Source of the DNA: Mobula hypostoma
Lineage: Eukaryota
Direction: 5' to 3'
DNA length: 64,000 nt
NCBI RefSeq assembly: GCF_963921235.1
Contig: NC_086108.1
Span: 63,242,001-63,306,000, forward strand
Shown: positions 11,450 through 25,100 of the stretch, one piece after another
Numbering within the stretch: position 1 is the stretch's first letter
How the letters are laid out: each line of letters begins with the position of its first letter
The notes under the pieces: model-generated
What the model was told of the DNA's origin: nothing
Database searches by the model: none
What the model saw: only the letters and a program-made list of their open reading frames with translations
Position numbers and translations under genes: made by a program

Positions 11450-13652
11450 GCAAGTGGGTAATCTGTATTTAATTGAGAGCAACTGAAGTTAATTAGCTAA
11501 TAAGAATTATATGTTGGATCCATCCGGAGGACCTGAGTTTGAATCCCAAGCTTAACTGACATTTGTATTCCTTAAGAAGGTAAGTTTAAAAGATGTACAG
11601 TAGTTAATTCCCTTGTAATAGAAGTGGCTGAGAGTAGAATTTTCTAATCCCTTCTTCCGTTCTGACAAGAGACTTCCATCTTAAATGTTTCCATTAATTG
11701 CTGCTCCATAGTGTCCAAATTCTGAACCATTTTGTCCCACCAGTTGAAGTCATGGCATAAATCCAGGCATGAAAAATGGAATTAAATGCAATGATTGAAA
11801 TGTTCTAAAGATCTGTTTTATTACATATGACATCTTACAGGAAGAAATTGCTTATCTGATAGGTTGTGTAAAGTTAACCATAAGATTTATACCCTTGATT
11901 ATTCAGCATTTCGAGAACTATTATGGGAGATCGTACAAACTTTAAAGATGTAGAATTGAACTAGTAGTTGTTTGATTTATAATTTAGGTAAATCATGTTC
12001 TATGTGGGTTTACAGTCATAAAATTTGTATTTCTGCCCCTTGTAGCTACTTGTTGGGCTTTTTGCTCAATTTTATTTAGAATATGTTCGACAGCAGTTTT
12101 CTTCATCACAGTTTTCATCATTCCTTTTTCTGTTAAGTTTAATTTTCATAGGATTTTGATTTCTCAGAATTCATTGTACAAGGTTTTGGAATGAAAAAAG
12201 ATTTGAATACTTAATATATGTGGTATTTTGGAGGAGAAATTATCATCAGTATTCAAACAATTAAGTAAAGGTTATGGGATGGAGCAAATGTGATGCTAAG
12301 ATTATAAATAAGGACATCAGAACTTGGAAGTATTAAGCTAAACTTTGAGTTACATCCTGCAAAACTTGCCATCAGCTTCTACATAGCGGACTCCAATTGA
12401 AATGTTCTGCCTAAAAATGAAATCCTCTCCAATAACTAGAAAATGTTTAAAGCAAAACATTTTCATCATTTTTAGATTGTCTGTAATTTTCTGGATTCCA
12501 TCTATTGGGCATTGATTTTATTAACTGGATTTTTACTCACATTAAAACAATAATAATCAATATTCAAATAGAGTGCAGAGAAGGAAAATATTAACATCAC
12601 TTTCAGAAATCATGTGTTAAATCTTCCAAATCAAAGGTACCACTATAAGGCTCAGATTTGCCCACGTTTCTCCATGTTTCCAGCAAATATCTGAGTTTAT
12701 CTTGGCATCTTTCACCTTGTAACCACTGACATAGTCTGCCTCTCTGTTGTTCTTAATGGAGTCCAGTACAGCAGTGTAACCTTCCAGAAGCCAAATCTGT
12801 AAATCTGTTGTTAAACTGCCTCGAGTACAACAGCCCAAATCATATGAATGTGAGAAATTGGCTTTATGAAAAAAGGAGTTATTTCTAGTTAATTTAAATG
12901 TATTTCTATTGCTTTAATTTTGTATTTATTTTATGTCAGGTCCCAAATCTTAAACATCGTCAATATCAATGTCAAATATATTCAAACATGACACCTTTGA
13001 CAGGTAGTGAGTTAAGGGTGAGGCTGTGCTGGTAGTCCAGGCTCTCTCTGAGTACATCTGAGTAGCTGACTTCATTGAGATGTACTTCACACTGCAAATG
13101 GCCCTGCAAAATACAAGGTACTGGCATCTTGCAGTCAACTTATCATGGGCCATATTTAAAGAAACGGGATCTTGGGATGACAGATGGTGATCTGTCTCTA
13201 ATCAACAGAGCATCAGTATACTATATGTTTCAATATCATCCCTAACAATATTGGGATTATTTCATAGGTAGTTTGACTGGGAAAGAACAGCCACTCACAT
13301 TAAATAAGATGTGATTTGTTCAGTTGTGTCTGAATGGTAGCTTTTGTTTGGGCCTTTGCAGGAGTGACCAGTACTGCAATACCAGAGAAAATCTAAGACA
13401 AACTTGAGACTTGTATCACAATATTTGCAATCTTCCCTTCACTGTTTTTAAGGATGGCTTGTGTGGGGAGTTGAAAAATAAAACTAATACGTATGGGGGT
13501 GAGTGAAGAACATTTTACCTTTAATCTTATCATCTGACCCTATTCCCTAATGCCAACATGTTGGGTATTCAAAATGGAAAAAAAAATACCACTTCTCCCT
13601 TACTGAGCATTCATAGCTTTTTTTAAATAAAATGTTGTATTCTGCAGATATA

Positions 13653-15279
13653 CAGTGGCATGCAAAAGTTGGGGCACCCTGGTCAAAATTTCTGTTACTG
13701 TGAATAGTTAAATGAGTAGAAGATGAACTGATCTCCAAAAGTCATAAAGTTAAAGATGAAACATTCTTTTCAACATTTTAAGCCAGATGAGTGTATTATT
13801 TTTGTTTTGTACAATTTTAGAGTGGAGAAAAAAAGGAAAGGGGCAGCATGCAAAAGTTTGGGCACCCCAAGAGATTTGAGCTCTCAGATAACTTTTAGCA
13901 AGGTCTCAGACCTTAAATAGCTGGTTAGGGCTATGGCTTGTTCGCAGTCATCGTTAGGAAAGGCCAGGTGATGCAAATTGCAAAGCTTTATAAATACCCT
14001 GACTCCTCAAACCTTGTCCCAACGATCAGCAGCCATGGGCTCCTTTAAACAGCTGCCTAGCGCTCTGAAAATTAAAATAAATGATGCCCACAAAGCAGGA
14101 GTAAGCTATAAGAAGATAGCAAAGCGTTTTCAGCTAGCCGTTTCCTCAGTTGGTAATGTCATTAAGAAATGGCAGTTAACAGGAACGGTGGAGGTCAAGT
14201 TGAGGTTTGGAAGACCAAGAAAACTTTCCGAGAGAACTGCTCATAGGATTGCTAGAACGGGAAATCAAAACCCCCGTTTGAGTGTAAAAGACCTTCAGGA
14301 AGATTTAGCAGACTCTGCAGTGGTGGTGCACTGTTCTACTGTGCAGCGACACCTGCACAAATATGACCTTCATGGAAGAGTCATCAGAAGGAAACCTTCC
14401 CTGCATCCTCACCACAAACTTCAGCGTCAGAAGTTTGCAAAGGAACATCTAAACAAGCCTGATGCATTTTGGAAACAAGTCCTGTGGACTGATGAAGTTA
14501 AAATAGAACTTTTAGGCCGCAGTGAGCAAAGGTATGTCTGGAGAAAAAAGGGTGCAGAATTTCATGATAAGAACACCTCTCCAACTGTTAAGCATGGGGG
14601 TGGATCGATCATGCTTTGGGCTTGCGTTGCAGCCAGTGGCACGGGGAACATTTCACTGGTAGAGGGAAGAATGAATTCAATTAAATACCAGCAAATTCTG
14701 GAAGCAAACATCACACCGTTGGTAAAAAAAAAGCTGAAGATGAAAGGATGATGCTTCTACAACAGGATAATAATCCTAAACACACCTCAAAATCCACAAT
14801 GGACTACCTCAAGAGGCGCAAGCTGAAGGTTTTGCCATGGCTCTCACACTCCCCCGACCTAAACGTCATCAATAATCTGTGGATAGACCTCAAAAGAGCA
14901 GTGTATACAAGATGGCCCAAGAATCTCACAGAACTAGAAGCCTTTTGCAAGGAAGAATGAGTGAACATCCCCCAAACAAGAATTGAAAGACTCTTAGTTG
15001 GCTACAGAAAGTGTTTACAAGCTGTGATATTTGCCAAGGGGGGTGTTACTAAGTATTGACCATGCAGGGTGCCCAAACTGTTGCTTTGGGCCCTTTTCCT
15101 TTTTTGTTATTTTGAAACTGTAAAAGATGGAAACAAAAAAGTAATCTTGCTTAAAATATTAAAGAAATGTGTCATCTTTAACTTTATGCCTTTTGGAAAT
15201 CAGTTCATCTTTTACTCGCTTAGCTATTCACAGCAACAGAAATTTTGACCAGGGGTGTCCAAACTTTTGCATGCCACTG
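13653..15279 (+). mobile_element. Full-length Tc1-family DNA transposon (IR/DR type) with a disabled transposase
   Basis: TA-flanked TIRs CAGTGGCATGCAAAAGTT...AACTTTTGCATGCCACTG. The inverted repeats are about 215 bp, with inner direct repeats at ~13848 and ~15067. Confidence 0.95.
14035..15059 (+). pseudogene. Tc1 DDE transposase pseudogene
   Basis: Motifs GRPRK, LWTDE, VKHGGGSIMLW, QQDNNPKH and SPDLNVINNLW (catalytic E replaced by N). Frameshift near 14724-14750 and a stop at 14958. Confidence 0.9.
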
Positions 15280-16514
15280 TATGCCTTTATCTTTATAATC
15301 TGTCACCTAATTTTTAATATATACATTGAGAATAAACACTGATGTCATTCAGTTTGGATTAATTTTAACGAAGGCATGGATTCAATCATTCTCCATCATA
15401 AATTAGTTATTTGCAATTGGTTTCTATCTGCCTGTAACTATTTTTAGTTTTTTTCTAAACATAATGCCAAAGTAAAACAAGAATCGAACTACATTTTTCA
15501 TAAGTTTTAGTTTTAAAGCACAGTTTGCATCAGTATATTTATATTCTGTCATATTTATTTTCTTTACCTTCATCTTGCATAAGGCAGTTGCAAGAAATAT
15601 TGAATATTCTAAATCAATTAGTTTTTATGATCATTATAATTATTTAAATCAATTAGTCCTTGACAATTAAAATAACTTTTTTCATGAGGATGTCTGTTTG
15701 ACTAAATATCTGGTTATTTTAAATGTAAGATAAATATTTCTGTTGTCGATTATTTCTTTCCCTTATATTGTATATTTGGAGACCTTTTCCTAATACTTTC
15801 CTAATATAACATCACAATTTACAGCAGGGACATAAAAAGAATAAGTTAAGTAGCATGCATAAGTGAACAAAATAACATAATGTCACATGAATTGTGAATG
15901 TGGTATAGGCACTAGGACTTTAACCGATGTATCAAAAAGAACGTAATAACAGATATCTCACAAAACTAATTGCTGAAACATTGATATCTGAGTGCTTTTG
16001 ACATTTTGAAATCTTTACCTTATAATGACTGCCAGTGCAAGATAAGATATCATTTTACACAATGTTGACCAATTAGTTCCCCTGCATTTCTCAATATTTT
16101 CTAATTAGCATTAGCAGGACATTTTATTGGAATGTTTCTCAGATCTTTTCACAATGCTGTTGTGAATGGGAATTTGCTGTTCGTGATTTGTTACTTTTGA
16201 TCCTGGTTTTTCCTTCTGAATCTCTGGCACTGGAAACTTGGAAATAAGGGCTCTTATAAAATTATATCTGCAATAAATGTGTATCAGAAATGTTTATCTG
16301 CAGAGAAGATTTGAGGGAAGATGAAAACTGTCAAATCAGATGAGGAGCCATTCGTCTGTTGAGATGGCATTGAAATTGCCAAAGATGAGGAGCTCTAAGT
16401 TGTGTGTTAAGAAGGAATGATATCTTTCAGAGAAACATTCCAGAGAATGTGGTTTGGATATGTCATACCAAAATATGTGAATGCAGAAATATGATATGCA
16501 GACAGGATTGGAAG

Positions 16515-18092
16515 TGATTGAATCAACCTATCACGAGAGACCTTAATAAATGCCTTATTGAAGTCCACATAGATAACGTCCAATGCCTTACCCTTATTAA
16601 GCTCCTTCGTCATGTCCTCGAAAAACGTGGTTGTTTGTATGGCATGATCTACCCTGCACAAAGCTGTGTTGACTGCCCCTAAGCACATGATGCCTTACCA
16701 AATGTGCATAAATCCAATAGTTCCACTATCACTGATATGAGGCTCACTGGCTTATAATTATATGAAGAAAGGGACAATGAGATGTATCCTATTAGGCCCT
16801 TGGGATTTATCCAACTTGATGCTGTTCAGAAGACCTAGGACTACCTCTTCCTTAATCTCAAAAATATCTAGCACATTGGCATGCCTCATTTTCCCCCTTT
16901 ACCATCCTCCAAATACTCATTTAGTACCTCAGCCACTTGCTCTGGGTCAAGAAAAAATTCCCTCCTTTATCCTTGAGTGGACCTACCATCTCTTTAGTTA
17001 ATCTCTTTATCTTAACATAAGATGCCTTGGAATTCTCCTTGATGTTGCTTGATAAGGATATTTCATAGCTCGTTTTGGCCTTCCTAATCACCTGCTTGAG
17101 CACTTTCCTATTATCATTATATTGTTCAAAGGCCCAGTCTGATCTTAGCTTTCTAAACCTGTTTGTGCTTTCTTTTACTTCCTGATTAAATTTACAACCT
17201 CTTGAGTCATCCAAGTTTCCCCCTACTTTACCATTCTGCCTTGATCCTTACTAGAACTTGTTGATCCTGAACTTTGATTACTTGGTCCAAGAACAGTTAC
17301 TACCCCTCAACCATTAGGCTCTTGAACAAAAGAAGATAACTTCACTCAACTGCACTTGTCCCATCTTGTAAATGTTCCCACACTTAATGAACCCACTTTC
17401 AGGGACTCTTCCTTTTATGTTCTTGATATTTAGTGCTTATTTTTTTATTTTTGCATTTGCAGTTTGTTGTCTTCTGCATTCAGGTTGAACACCCTAGTTG
17501 GCTGGTCTTTCATTGATCCTGTATAGTTACTATTCTATAGATTTGTTGAGTATGCCCACAAGAAAATGAATCTCAGAGTTGTATATGTTGATATATTTGT
17601 ACTTTGATAATAACTTTTATTATCTTTAAACTTTGATCGGTTGGTGTTGATACAACCATGTGTTAGATGTGGCTTTGTCGAATAGCAGCTGCCTCCAGTC
17701 AACTTTCATTAGCTTCTGTTTTGTCCTGTCACAACTTGCTCTCCCCCGATATAGTACATTACCACAAGATCCAATTTTATCCATACTCACAACGATCTTA
17801 AAACATAATGAATTGTGGTCTTGAGCCCCTAAATTTTCACCCAGTATCCCACTATCGGGTATGTCACCTGGCCTTCTCAATTCCAAAACCAGATCCTGTA
17901 TTTTTTTTCTCCTCTAATTGACTCTCCACATATTTCTCAACTCACTAGCACATGACATTTGTAGTAATCCAAAGATTACAACCTGGAAATCCTGCTGTTT
18001 AGCTTTCTAACAGTCTCCCTAAAGTTCCTATGCAAGATATCATCCCTACTGCTGTCTATGTTATTGGTACTCACATGGACCATCACCTCTGG
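16515..18092 (-). mobile_element. Highly decayed CR1 LINE (ORF1 esterase and ORF2 pieces), with a Rex1/L2-like tail at ~17295-17615
   Basis: ORF pieces DVIYVDFNKAF, KEMVGPLKD and VMVHVSTNNI. Confidence 0.65.
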
Positions 18093-19043
18093 CCATATGC
18101 TCCATGGTAGGGTTGGTATGTTTCTGATGATGTGCCGTGTTTGGCTTACTCTAAACATAGTATTTAGTCTGATGGCCAGAAAGCTCAATTTTGGTTTCAT
18201 CAGTCCATAGAACCTTCTTCCAGCTGACTTTAGAGTCTCTCACATGCGTACTGGCAAAGTCTAGCTGAGATTTCATGTGTGCTTTTTTTCAACAATGGCC
18301 TTCTCTTTGCCATTCTCCCATAAAGCTGCAACTGGTAAAGCACCTGGGCAATTGTTGTTCTATGCACAGTCTCTCCAGCCACTGAAACTTGTAACTCCTC
18401 CAGAGTTGTCATAGGTCTCTTGGTGGTCTCCCTCACTACTCCCTTTGATGGCCTGCTCTAGGCAAATTTACAGGTGTGCCATATTCTTTCCATTTCTTGA
18501 TGATTGACTTAACTGTACTCCAAGGGATACTCAGTGACTTGGAAATTTTCTATTTTCTTATATCCATCTCCTGACGTGCTTTTGAATAACTTTTTTGCGG
18601 AAGTGCTTGAAGTGTTCTTTTGTCTTCATGGTGTAGTTTTTGCCAAGATGTTGACTCACCAGCAGTTGGACCTTCCAGATACCTGTGTATTCTTATTACA
18701 ATCAATTAAAACACCTTGACTGCACACAGGTCTCCAAGAACAGTTCTCCAGTTAACTAATAATGTGACTTCTAAAACCAATTGGTTGCACCAGTAATGAT
18801 TTGGTGTGTCAGATTAAGGGGGGGGGGGTGAAATTGAATACTTATGCAATCAATTATTTTGTTTTACATATTTGTAATTAGATCACTTTGTAGAGATCTC
18901 TCTTCACATTGACACAAAAGTGTCTTCTTCTGTTGATCAGTGTAAAAAAAAAGTCAAATTAAATCCACTGATGTTGTAAAACAATAATACATGAAAACTT
19001 CCAGGTGTGGGGGTGGGGGGCTGAATACTTACTTTAGGCACTG
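18093..19043 (-). mobile_element. Truncated Tc1-family transposon (second family)
   Basis: End reads TA-CAGTGCCTAAAG..GTATTCA on the minus strand. Transposase pieces RETTKRPMTTLEELQ and LYGRMAKRRPLLKK. Confidence 0.8.
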
Positions 19044-19156
19044 TATTTTCATATGAGAAATAGTGATTTTGTTGTAAATTTATTGTATTGATGTATCTCA
19101 AAAGGGGTGATAAAAAACTTACAAGCTTACTAACTTTTAATTTAAATTTTCTGCAG

Positions 19157-19316
19157 AAAGGTGATTGAAGATCTTGATTCAATCATGAACAATTTTATGT
19201 GGCAGGAACACCCATATAATTTAATCACACATGGATTTGGGCCTCAGAACATCAAGGTGGTTTTGAACTTGATAAAGCTACTTCTACGAGAATCACTACG
19301 AAAGTCAGCATCCTAA
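19157..19316 (+). CDS. Divergent AP-2-like protein, terminal exon: KVIEDLDSIMNNFMWQEHPYNLITHGFGPQNIKVVLNLIKLLLRESLRKSAS*
   Basis: Acceptor ttttctgcag. Phase 2 fits the GC donor (AG+A = Arg). YNLITHGFG matches the TFAP2 signature F(N/S)LI(S/T)HGFG, followed by an amphipathic helix and TAA at 19314. Confidence 0.85.
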
Positions 19317-19596
19317 TGCAAGCAGACCAGAATTTATATATTTTTTTAATCGCAATAGTGAAAAACATTTCTGTGTTTTGTCTGTTCACCCTATTCACAT
19401 GTTACTAACTCTGTAATGATAGTTACAGAAATGTTTTATAATGTAATTTATACAGAAGCCCTTCTCTATAAAACTGTCAATGGGACAGCTGCGTAAAAAA
19501 TTGTGTGGGAAAATGGAACGGAGAAGGCATCTCTTGAGTTTGTTAGATAGTTAGAAAATTGTTTATTTGTTGTAGTGAATGGGTCCTGTACTTCAG

Positions 19597-19602
19597 AATA
19601 AA
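19597..19602 (+). terminator. Probable polyadenylation signal of the AP-2-like gene
   Basis: AATAAA about 280 nt after the stop codon. Confidence 0.5.
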
Positions 19603-20140
19603 ATGTACGTCAAAAATAGTGTAAAATGTGAAATGTTTACATGAATCAAATGAACTCTGTGCTGTTAAATGGTTAAAATACCAAAATCATTGTTTATTCA
19701 GACAAGTATATACAGACAGCGAACTGAAACTCATCTAACCATAGCAAATCCTACCTGAGATTTGTAAAATTCCTTCCTGTGCACAGAAGTGCAGATTAGC
19801 ATGAAAAAAAATGACTATTGATTGAAAGAAAACAAGAAACAGTCTAGTTAATCTTTATTCAGGTTTGCCACTCTTGCTTAGTAATCAAATTAATAGAAGC
19901 GTCCTGTATCAGATCAAGATTTGGCACTTCTACTCAATTGACATTAGTGTAATTAATCCAAGAGGTAAAAAATCATGTTTTTGTTAATCTGTACAATGAA
20001 CATATAAACTGGAAGCAGTAAAATGTGGAGTAAAGAACTTACAATTAGTTATTTCTCATCTGTGCATTGTAATTCTTCAAAAATAAGTATTGTAAACAAC
20101 TTCAGGTGAGAAAATGTGGATTAAGTCAAAGATTTTAATG

Positions 20141-20516
20141 AAGTCAAGTCAAGTCACTTTTTATTGTCATTTCAACCATAACTGCTGGTACAGTACACAG
20201 TAAAAATGAGACAACGTTTTTCAGGATCATGGTGCTACATGACTATTACAAACACTGCACTGAACTACATAAAACTACACTAGACTACAGACCTACCTAG
20301 GACTGTATAAAGTGCACAAAACAGTGCTGGCATTACAATAAATAATAAACAATATGCACAGTAGAGGGCAGTAGGTTGGTGTCAGTCCAGGCTCTGGGTA
20401 TTGAGGAGTCTAATGTCTTGGGGGAAGAAACTGTTACATTGTCTGGTCGTGAGAGCCCGAATACTTCGGTGCCTTTTGCCAGCTGGCAGGAGGGAGAAGA
20501 GTTTATATGAGGGGTG
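20141..20516 (-). mobile_element. 3' end of a Rex1/Babar- or L2-like LINE
   Basis: (AAGTC)n tail plus ORF piece HPSYKLFSLLPAGKRHRSIRALTTR..NSFFPQDIRLLN. Confidence 0.7.
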
Positions 20517-22150
20517 CTGAAATACCAATGGAAGACGTAAAGAGTTAAGTAGATGGAAAGCGTTGATCAAAATCGGTGCTTTTCTTTATCGGGCATTATT
20601 GTATCTATTACATGGCACGTTAAAGGATAAAGTAGACTTGAAATGACAGGAGCATAGGATATCGTCAAGACACAGCAAATGTTTTCTTGTACATCATGTG
20701 ACAATCTTGTGACTTCTTGGGTTTGGAGATTTTCAATATCGGTAAAGTAGTAGTTCTTCTCCAAAGATCTATGGTGAGTGTGAAATATAATGCACAATAA
20801 TTGTCACTGACAGCCATATCTGTTCTTAGAGCATGTGTTTTGTGAAATTTCCAACAGCTATGGTTAATTCATGGGACAGATTCTATCTTTAGAATTACTT
20901 TTAATATTGTAACTGCTTTAGTGAGATTGCCACAATTTTGAATGGTGTTGTTGCAGAAAAAATTGAGATAGAAATAGATCATTCTTTGGGATGAGCCAGG
21001 TTTGCTGGAATTTGATTTTTGTTGACTCTTGAAAAGTCACTGTGCGAACTTTAATATAAAGTAAGAGCAAATGCAGTGCTTTCAGCAATGACAAGTACAC
21101 TTTCATCTTCTGCCAGGCTGTTTCACTCTTCCATCTTCATCAGGTAACAAAGACTTGAAGAAGTGTTACAAAGATGACAATGCCATTCCAGCTCATTGTT
21201 CTTTGTGAGATCAGGATAGTAGATCTTAATTATTTTTATTGTATGTGCATTGAGCTTCCAAGTTCTTTTATCACTTTAGATATAATTTTAATTTAAATAA
21301 CTCACTTGCGCTAATTCATAAAGATACAGTTATAAAATCACATAGCTGGCTAAAATGTTAATGTTATCAATCAGCACCATTACAAGTTAGCCTTAAATGC
21401 AGTAAACATGTATGAGATGGTCTCTTCAGCAAGTGGTACTTCGTGAATTAGCCTTAGAAAGTACTGGTAATCAAATGCCGGAAATGGCACAAACCATTAG
21501 AGATGAGCATATAACTTGCAATTTGCTGCAAAACTGGTCAGTGATGCACTGAAAAAAAAAACCAAATTAAACATAAATCATACATAACATTTACAAGAAA
21601 AGACAATTGAAACAAAAAGAACCAGTCCATTTCACTGCAAGGTGGTTAACTGTAATGATTAGGGTTTTGATAGTTCGATAACTGAATGGTTGAAGGAAGT
21701 GGCTGTTCATGTGATGGCGTTGGACTTCAGGTGTTTGTACCTTCATCCAAAGTTAGCTTCTAAAAGATGGCATTGTCTGGCTGGTGCAGACCTTTGATAG
21801 ATATTGCCCTTTTGAGGCAATGCCTCTTGTAGATACTACCAGTGATGGGGAAGGATGTACACATGATGAACTGGGCAAAGTCCACAACTCCAAAGCTGCT
21901 TCTGTTCTTCTGCATTCAAATTGCCATATCAAACCATGGATACAGCCTGGATGAATAAGCTGTAATACTGGACAATTTTGGTAAGTTCTGTCAAAGAACC
22001 ATTACAGTGACTATTTCTGAACTATGCCATAAGAATTTATTTTACTACATGGATCCTTGATGAACATCACTGCTTATAATTTATTTGGTCTGTTATTTAT
22101 CACAAACATATTGATTTCTCACTGCTACACAATGCTGCAGAATTTACTGA

Positions 22151-25100
22151 CACTGTTGTCCCTGGCAAGCACAATTGTCCCTGATGACTACACCTGTGAA
22201 AGGTGCATCCAGCTGCAGCTCCTGACAAACCGTGTTAGGAAGCTGGAGCTGGATAGACTTCGGATCATTTGTGAGGCAGAGGCAGAAATAAACTGGAGTT
22301 ACAGGGAGATAGTCACCCCTAAAAGTCAGGAGGCAAGTAGCTGGGTGACTGTCAGATGAGGGAAAGGGAATAGACAATGAGCAGAGCACCCCTGTGGCCG
22401 TTCCCATCAATAATAAGCATACTGTTTTGGATACTGTTGGTGGGAATGACCTACCAAGGACAAGTTGCAGTGGTTGCATCTCTGGCACCGAGACTGGGCC
22501 CTCAGCTCAGAAGGGAAGGAGGGAAAAGAGGAGAGCAATAGTGATAAGGGATTCAATAGTTAGGGGGACAGATAAGAGGTTCTGTGGAAGAGATCGAGAA
22601 TCCCGGATGGTCTGTTGCCTCCCTGGTGCCAGGGTCCGCGATATCTTGGATCGAGTTCTCGGTATTCTCAAGAGGGAGGATGAGCAGCTGGATGTCGTGG
22701 TCCATGTAGGGACCAATTGCGTGGATAAGAAGAGTGGGGAGGTCCTGAAAGGTGAGTTTAGGGAGTTAGCCACCAAGTTAAAGGACAGGACCTCCAGGAT
22801 AGCAATCTCAGGATTGCTACCAATGCCACGTGCAGGCGAGTTTAGAAATAGTGAGATAGAGCAGATCAATAAGTGGCTGAAGACATGGTGTAGGAGGGAG
22901 GGCTTCAGATTTATAGATAATTGGGCAGTTTTCCAAGGAAGGTGGGACCTGTTCCGGTGGGACAGTTTACATCCGAACTGGAGGGGGACAAATATTCTTG
23001 CAGGTAGGTTTGCTAGAGAGGCTCCCATGGATTTAAACTAGATACAAGGTGGGAGGGGAACAAGAGTGTAGGAACAGATGTAAGGGAGAAGGAAGAAAAA
23101 GAAGATAGTAAAGTTGTTTGCACCGTTAGTGATAAACAGAGAGTAAGAGGTGGAGAATTTCTTAAGTGCATTTATTTTAATGCTAGGAGCATTGTAAGAA
23201 AGGTGGATGAGCTTAGAGCATGGATTGATACCTGGAAATATGATGTTGTACCTATTAGTGAAACATGGTTGTAGGAGGGGTGTGATTGGCAATGAAATAT
23301 TCCTGGATTTCGTTGCTTCAGGTGTGATAGAGTCGGAGGGACAAGAGGGGGAGGTGTTGCATTGCTTGTCAGAGAAAATATTACAGCAGTGCTCTGGCTG
23401 GATAGATTAGAGGGCTCGTCTTGGGAGGCTATTTGGGTGGAATTGAGGAATGGGAAAGGTGTAGTAACACTTATAGGGGTGTATTATAGACCACCTAATG
23501 AGCGGCGAGAATTGGAGGAGCAAATTTGTAAGGAGATAGCAGATATTTGTAGTAAGCACAAGGTTGTGATTGTGGGAGATTTTAATTTTCCACACATAGA
23601 CTGGGAAGCCCATACTGTAAAAGGGCTGTATGGTTTGGAGTTTGTAAAATGTGTGCAGGATAGTTTTTTGCAGCAATACATAGAGGTACCAAGGGGCAAT
23701 GTTGGATCTCCTGTTAGGGAATGAGATAGGTCAGGTGACAGAAGTATGTGTTGGGGAGCACTTTGGGTCCAATGATCAATGCCATTAGTTTCAATATAAT
23801 TATGGAGAAGGATAGGTCTGGACCCGGGGTTGAGATTTTTGATTAGAGAAAGGCTAACTTTGAGGAGATGCGAAAGGATTTAGAAGGAGTGGATTGGGAC
23901 AATTTGTTTTATGGGAAGGGTGTAATAAAGAAATGGAGGTCATTTAAAGGTGAAATTTTGAGGGTACAGAATCTTTATGTTCTTGTTGGGTTGAAAGGAA
24001 AGGTTAAAAATTTGAGAGAGCCATGATTTTCAAGAGATATTGGAAACTTGGTTCGGAAAAAGAGAGATATCTACAATAAATATAGGCAGCATGGAGTAAA
24101 TGAGGTGCTCAAGGAATATAAAAAATGTAAAAAGAATCTTAAAGAAATTAAAAAAGCTAAAAGAAGATATGAGGTTGCTTTGGCAAGTAAGGTGAAGATA
24201 AATCCAAAGGGTTTCTACAGTTATATCAATAGCAAAAGGATAGTGAGGGATAAAATTGGTCCCTTAGGTGATTAAAGAAGAGGAAGTACTGGTGCTTTTA
24301 AGGAATATAAAAGTGGATAAGTCTCCAGGTCCTGACAGAATATTCCCTAGGACCTTGAGGGAAATTAGTGTAGAAATAGCAGGGGCTCTGACAGAAATAT
24401 TTCAAATGTCATTAGAAACGGGGATGGTGCCGGAGGATTGGCGTATTGCTGATCTTGTTCCATTGTTTAAAAAGGGTTTTAAGAGTAAACCTAGCAATTA
24501 TCGGCCTGTAAGTTTGACATCAGTGGTAAGTAAGTTAATGGAAAGTATTCTTAGAGATGGTATATATAATCATCTGGATAGACAGGATCTGATTAGGAAC
24601 AGTCAACATGGATTTGTGTACGGAAGGTCATGTTTGACAAATCTTAAATGAATTTTTTGAAGAGGTTACTAGGAAAGTTGATGAGGGTAAAGTGGTGGAT
24701 ATTGTCTATATGGACTTCAGTAAGGCCTTTGACAAGGTTTCACATGGAAGGTTAGTTAGGAAGGTTCAATCGTTAGGTATTAATATTGAAGAAGTAAAAT
24801 GGATTCAACAATGGCTGGATGGGAGATGCCAGAGAGTGGTGGTGGATAATTGTCAGGTTGGAGGCCAGTGACTAGTGGTGTGCCTCAGGGATCTGTACTG
24901 GGTCCAATGTTGTTTGTCATATATATTAATGATCTGGATGATGGGGTGGTAAATTGAATTAGTAAGTATGCAGATGATACTAAGATAGGTGGCGTTTTGG
25001 ATAATGAAGCAGGTTTTCCAAGCTTGCCGAGATATTTAGGCCAGTTAGAAGAGTGGGCTGAAAGATGGCAGATGGAGTTTAATGCTGATAAGTGTGAGGT

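Noticed and set aside
11450..11486. ORF tail QVGNLYLIESN* as the true C-terminus of the AP-2-like protein
   Set aside because: Intronic read-through; the homologous C-terminus (LITHGFG) is in exon 19157-19316.
20520..21140. Short ORFs in unique, slightly CpG-retaining sequence
   Set aside because: No recognisable homology or consistent splice structure.
22394..23041. 215-aa SGNH esterase-like ORF as a host gene
   Set aside because: It is CR1 ORF1, directly followed by ORF2, with decayed motifs and an upstream stop.
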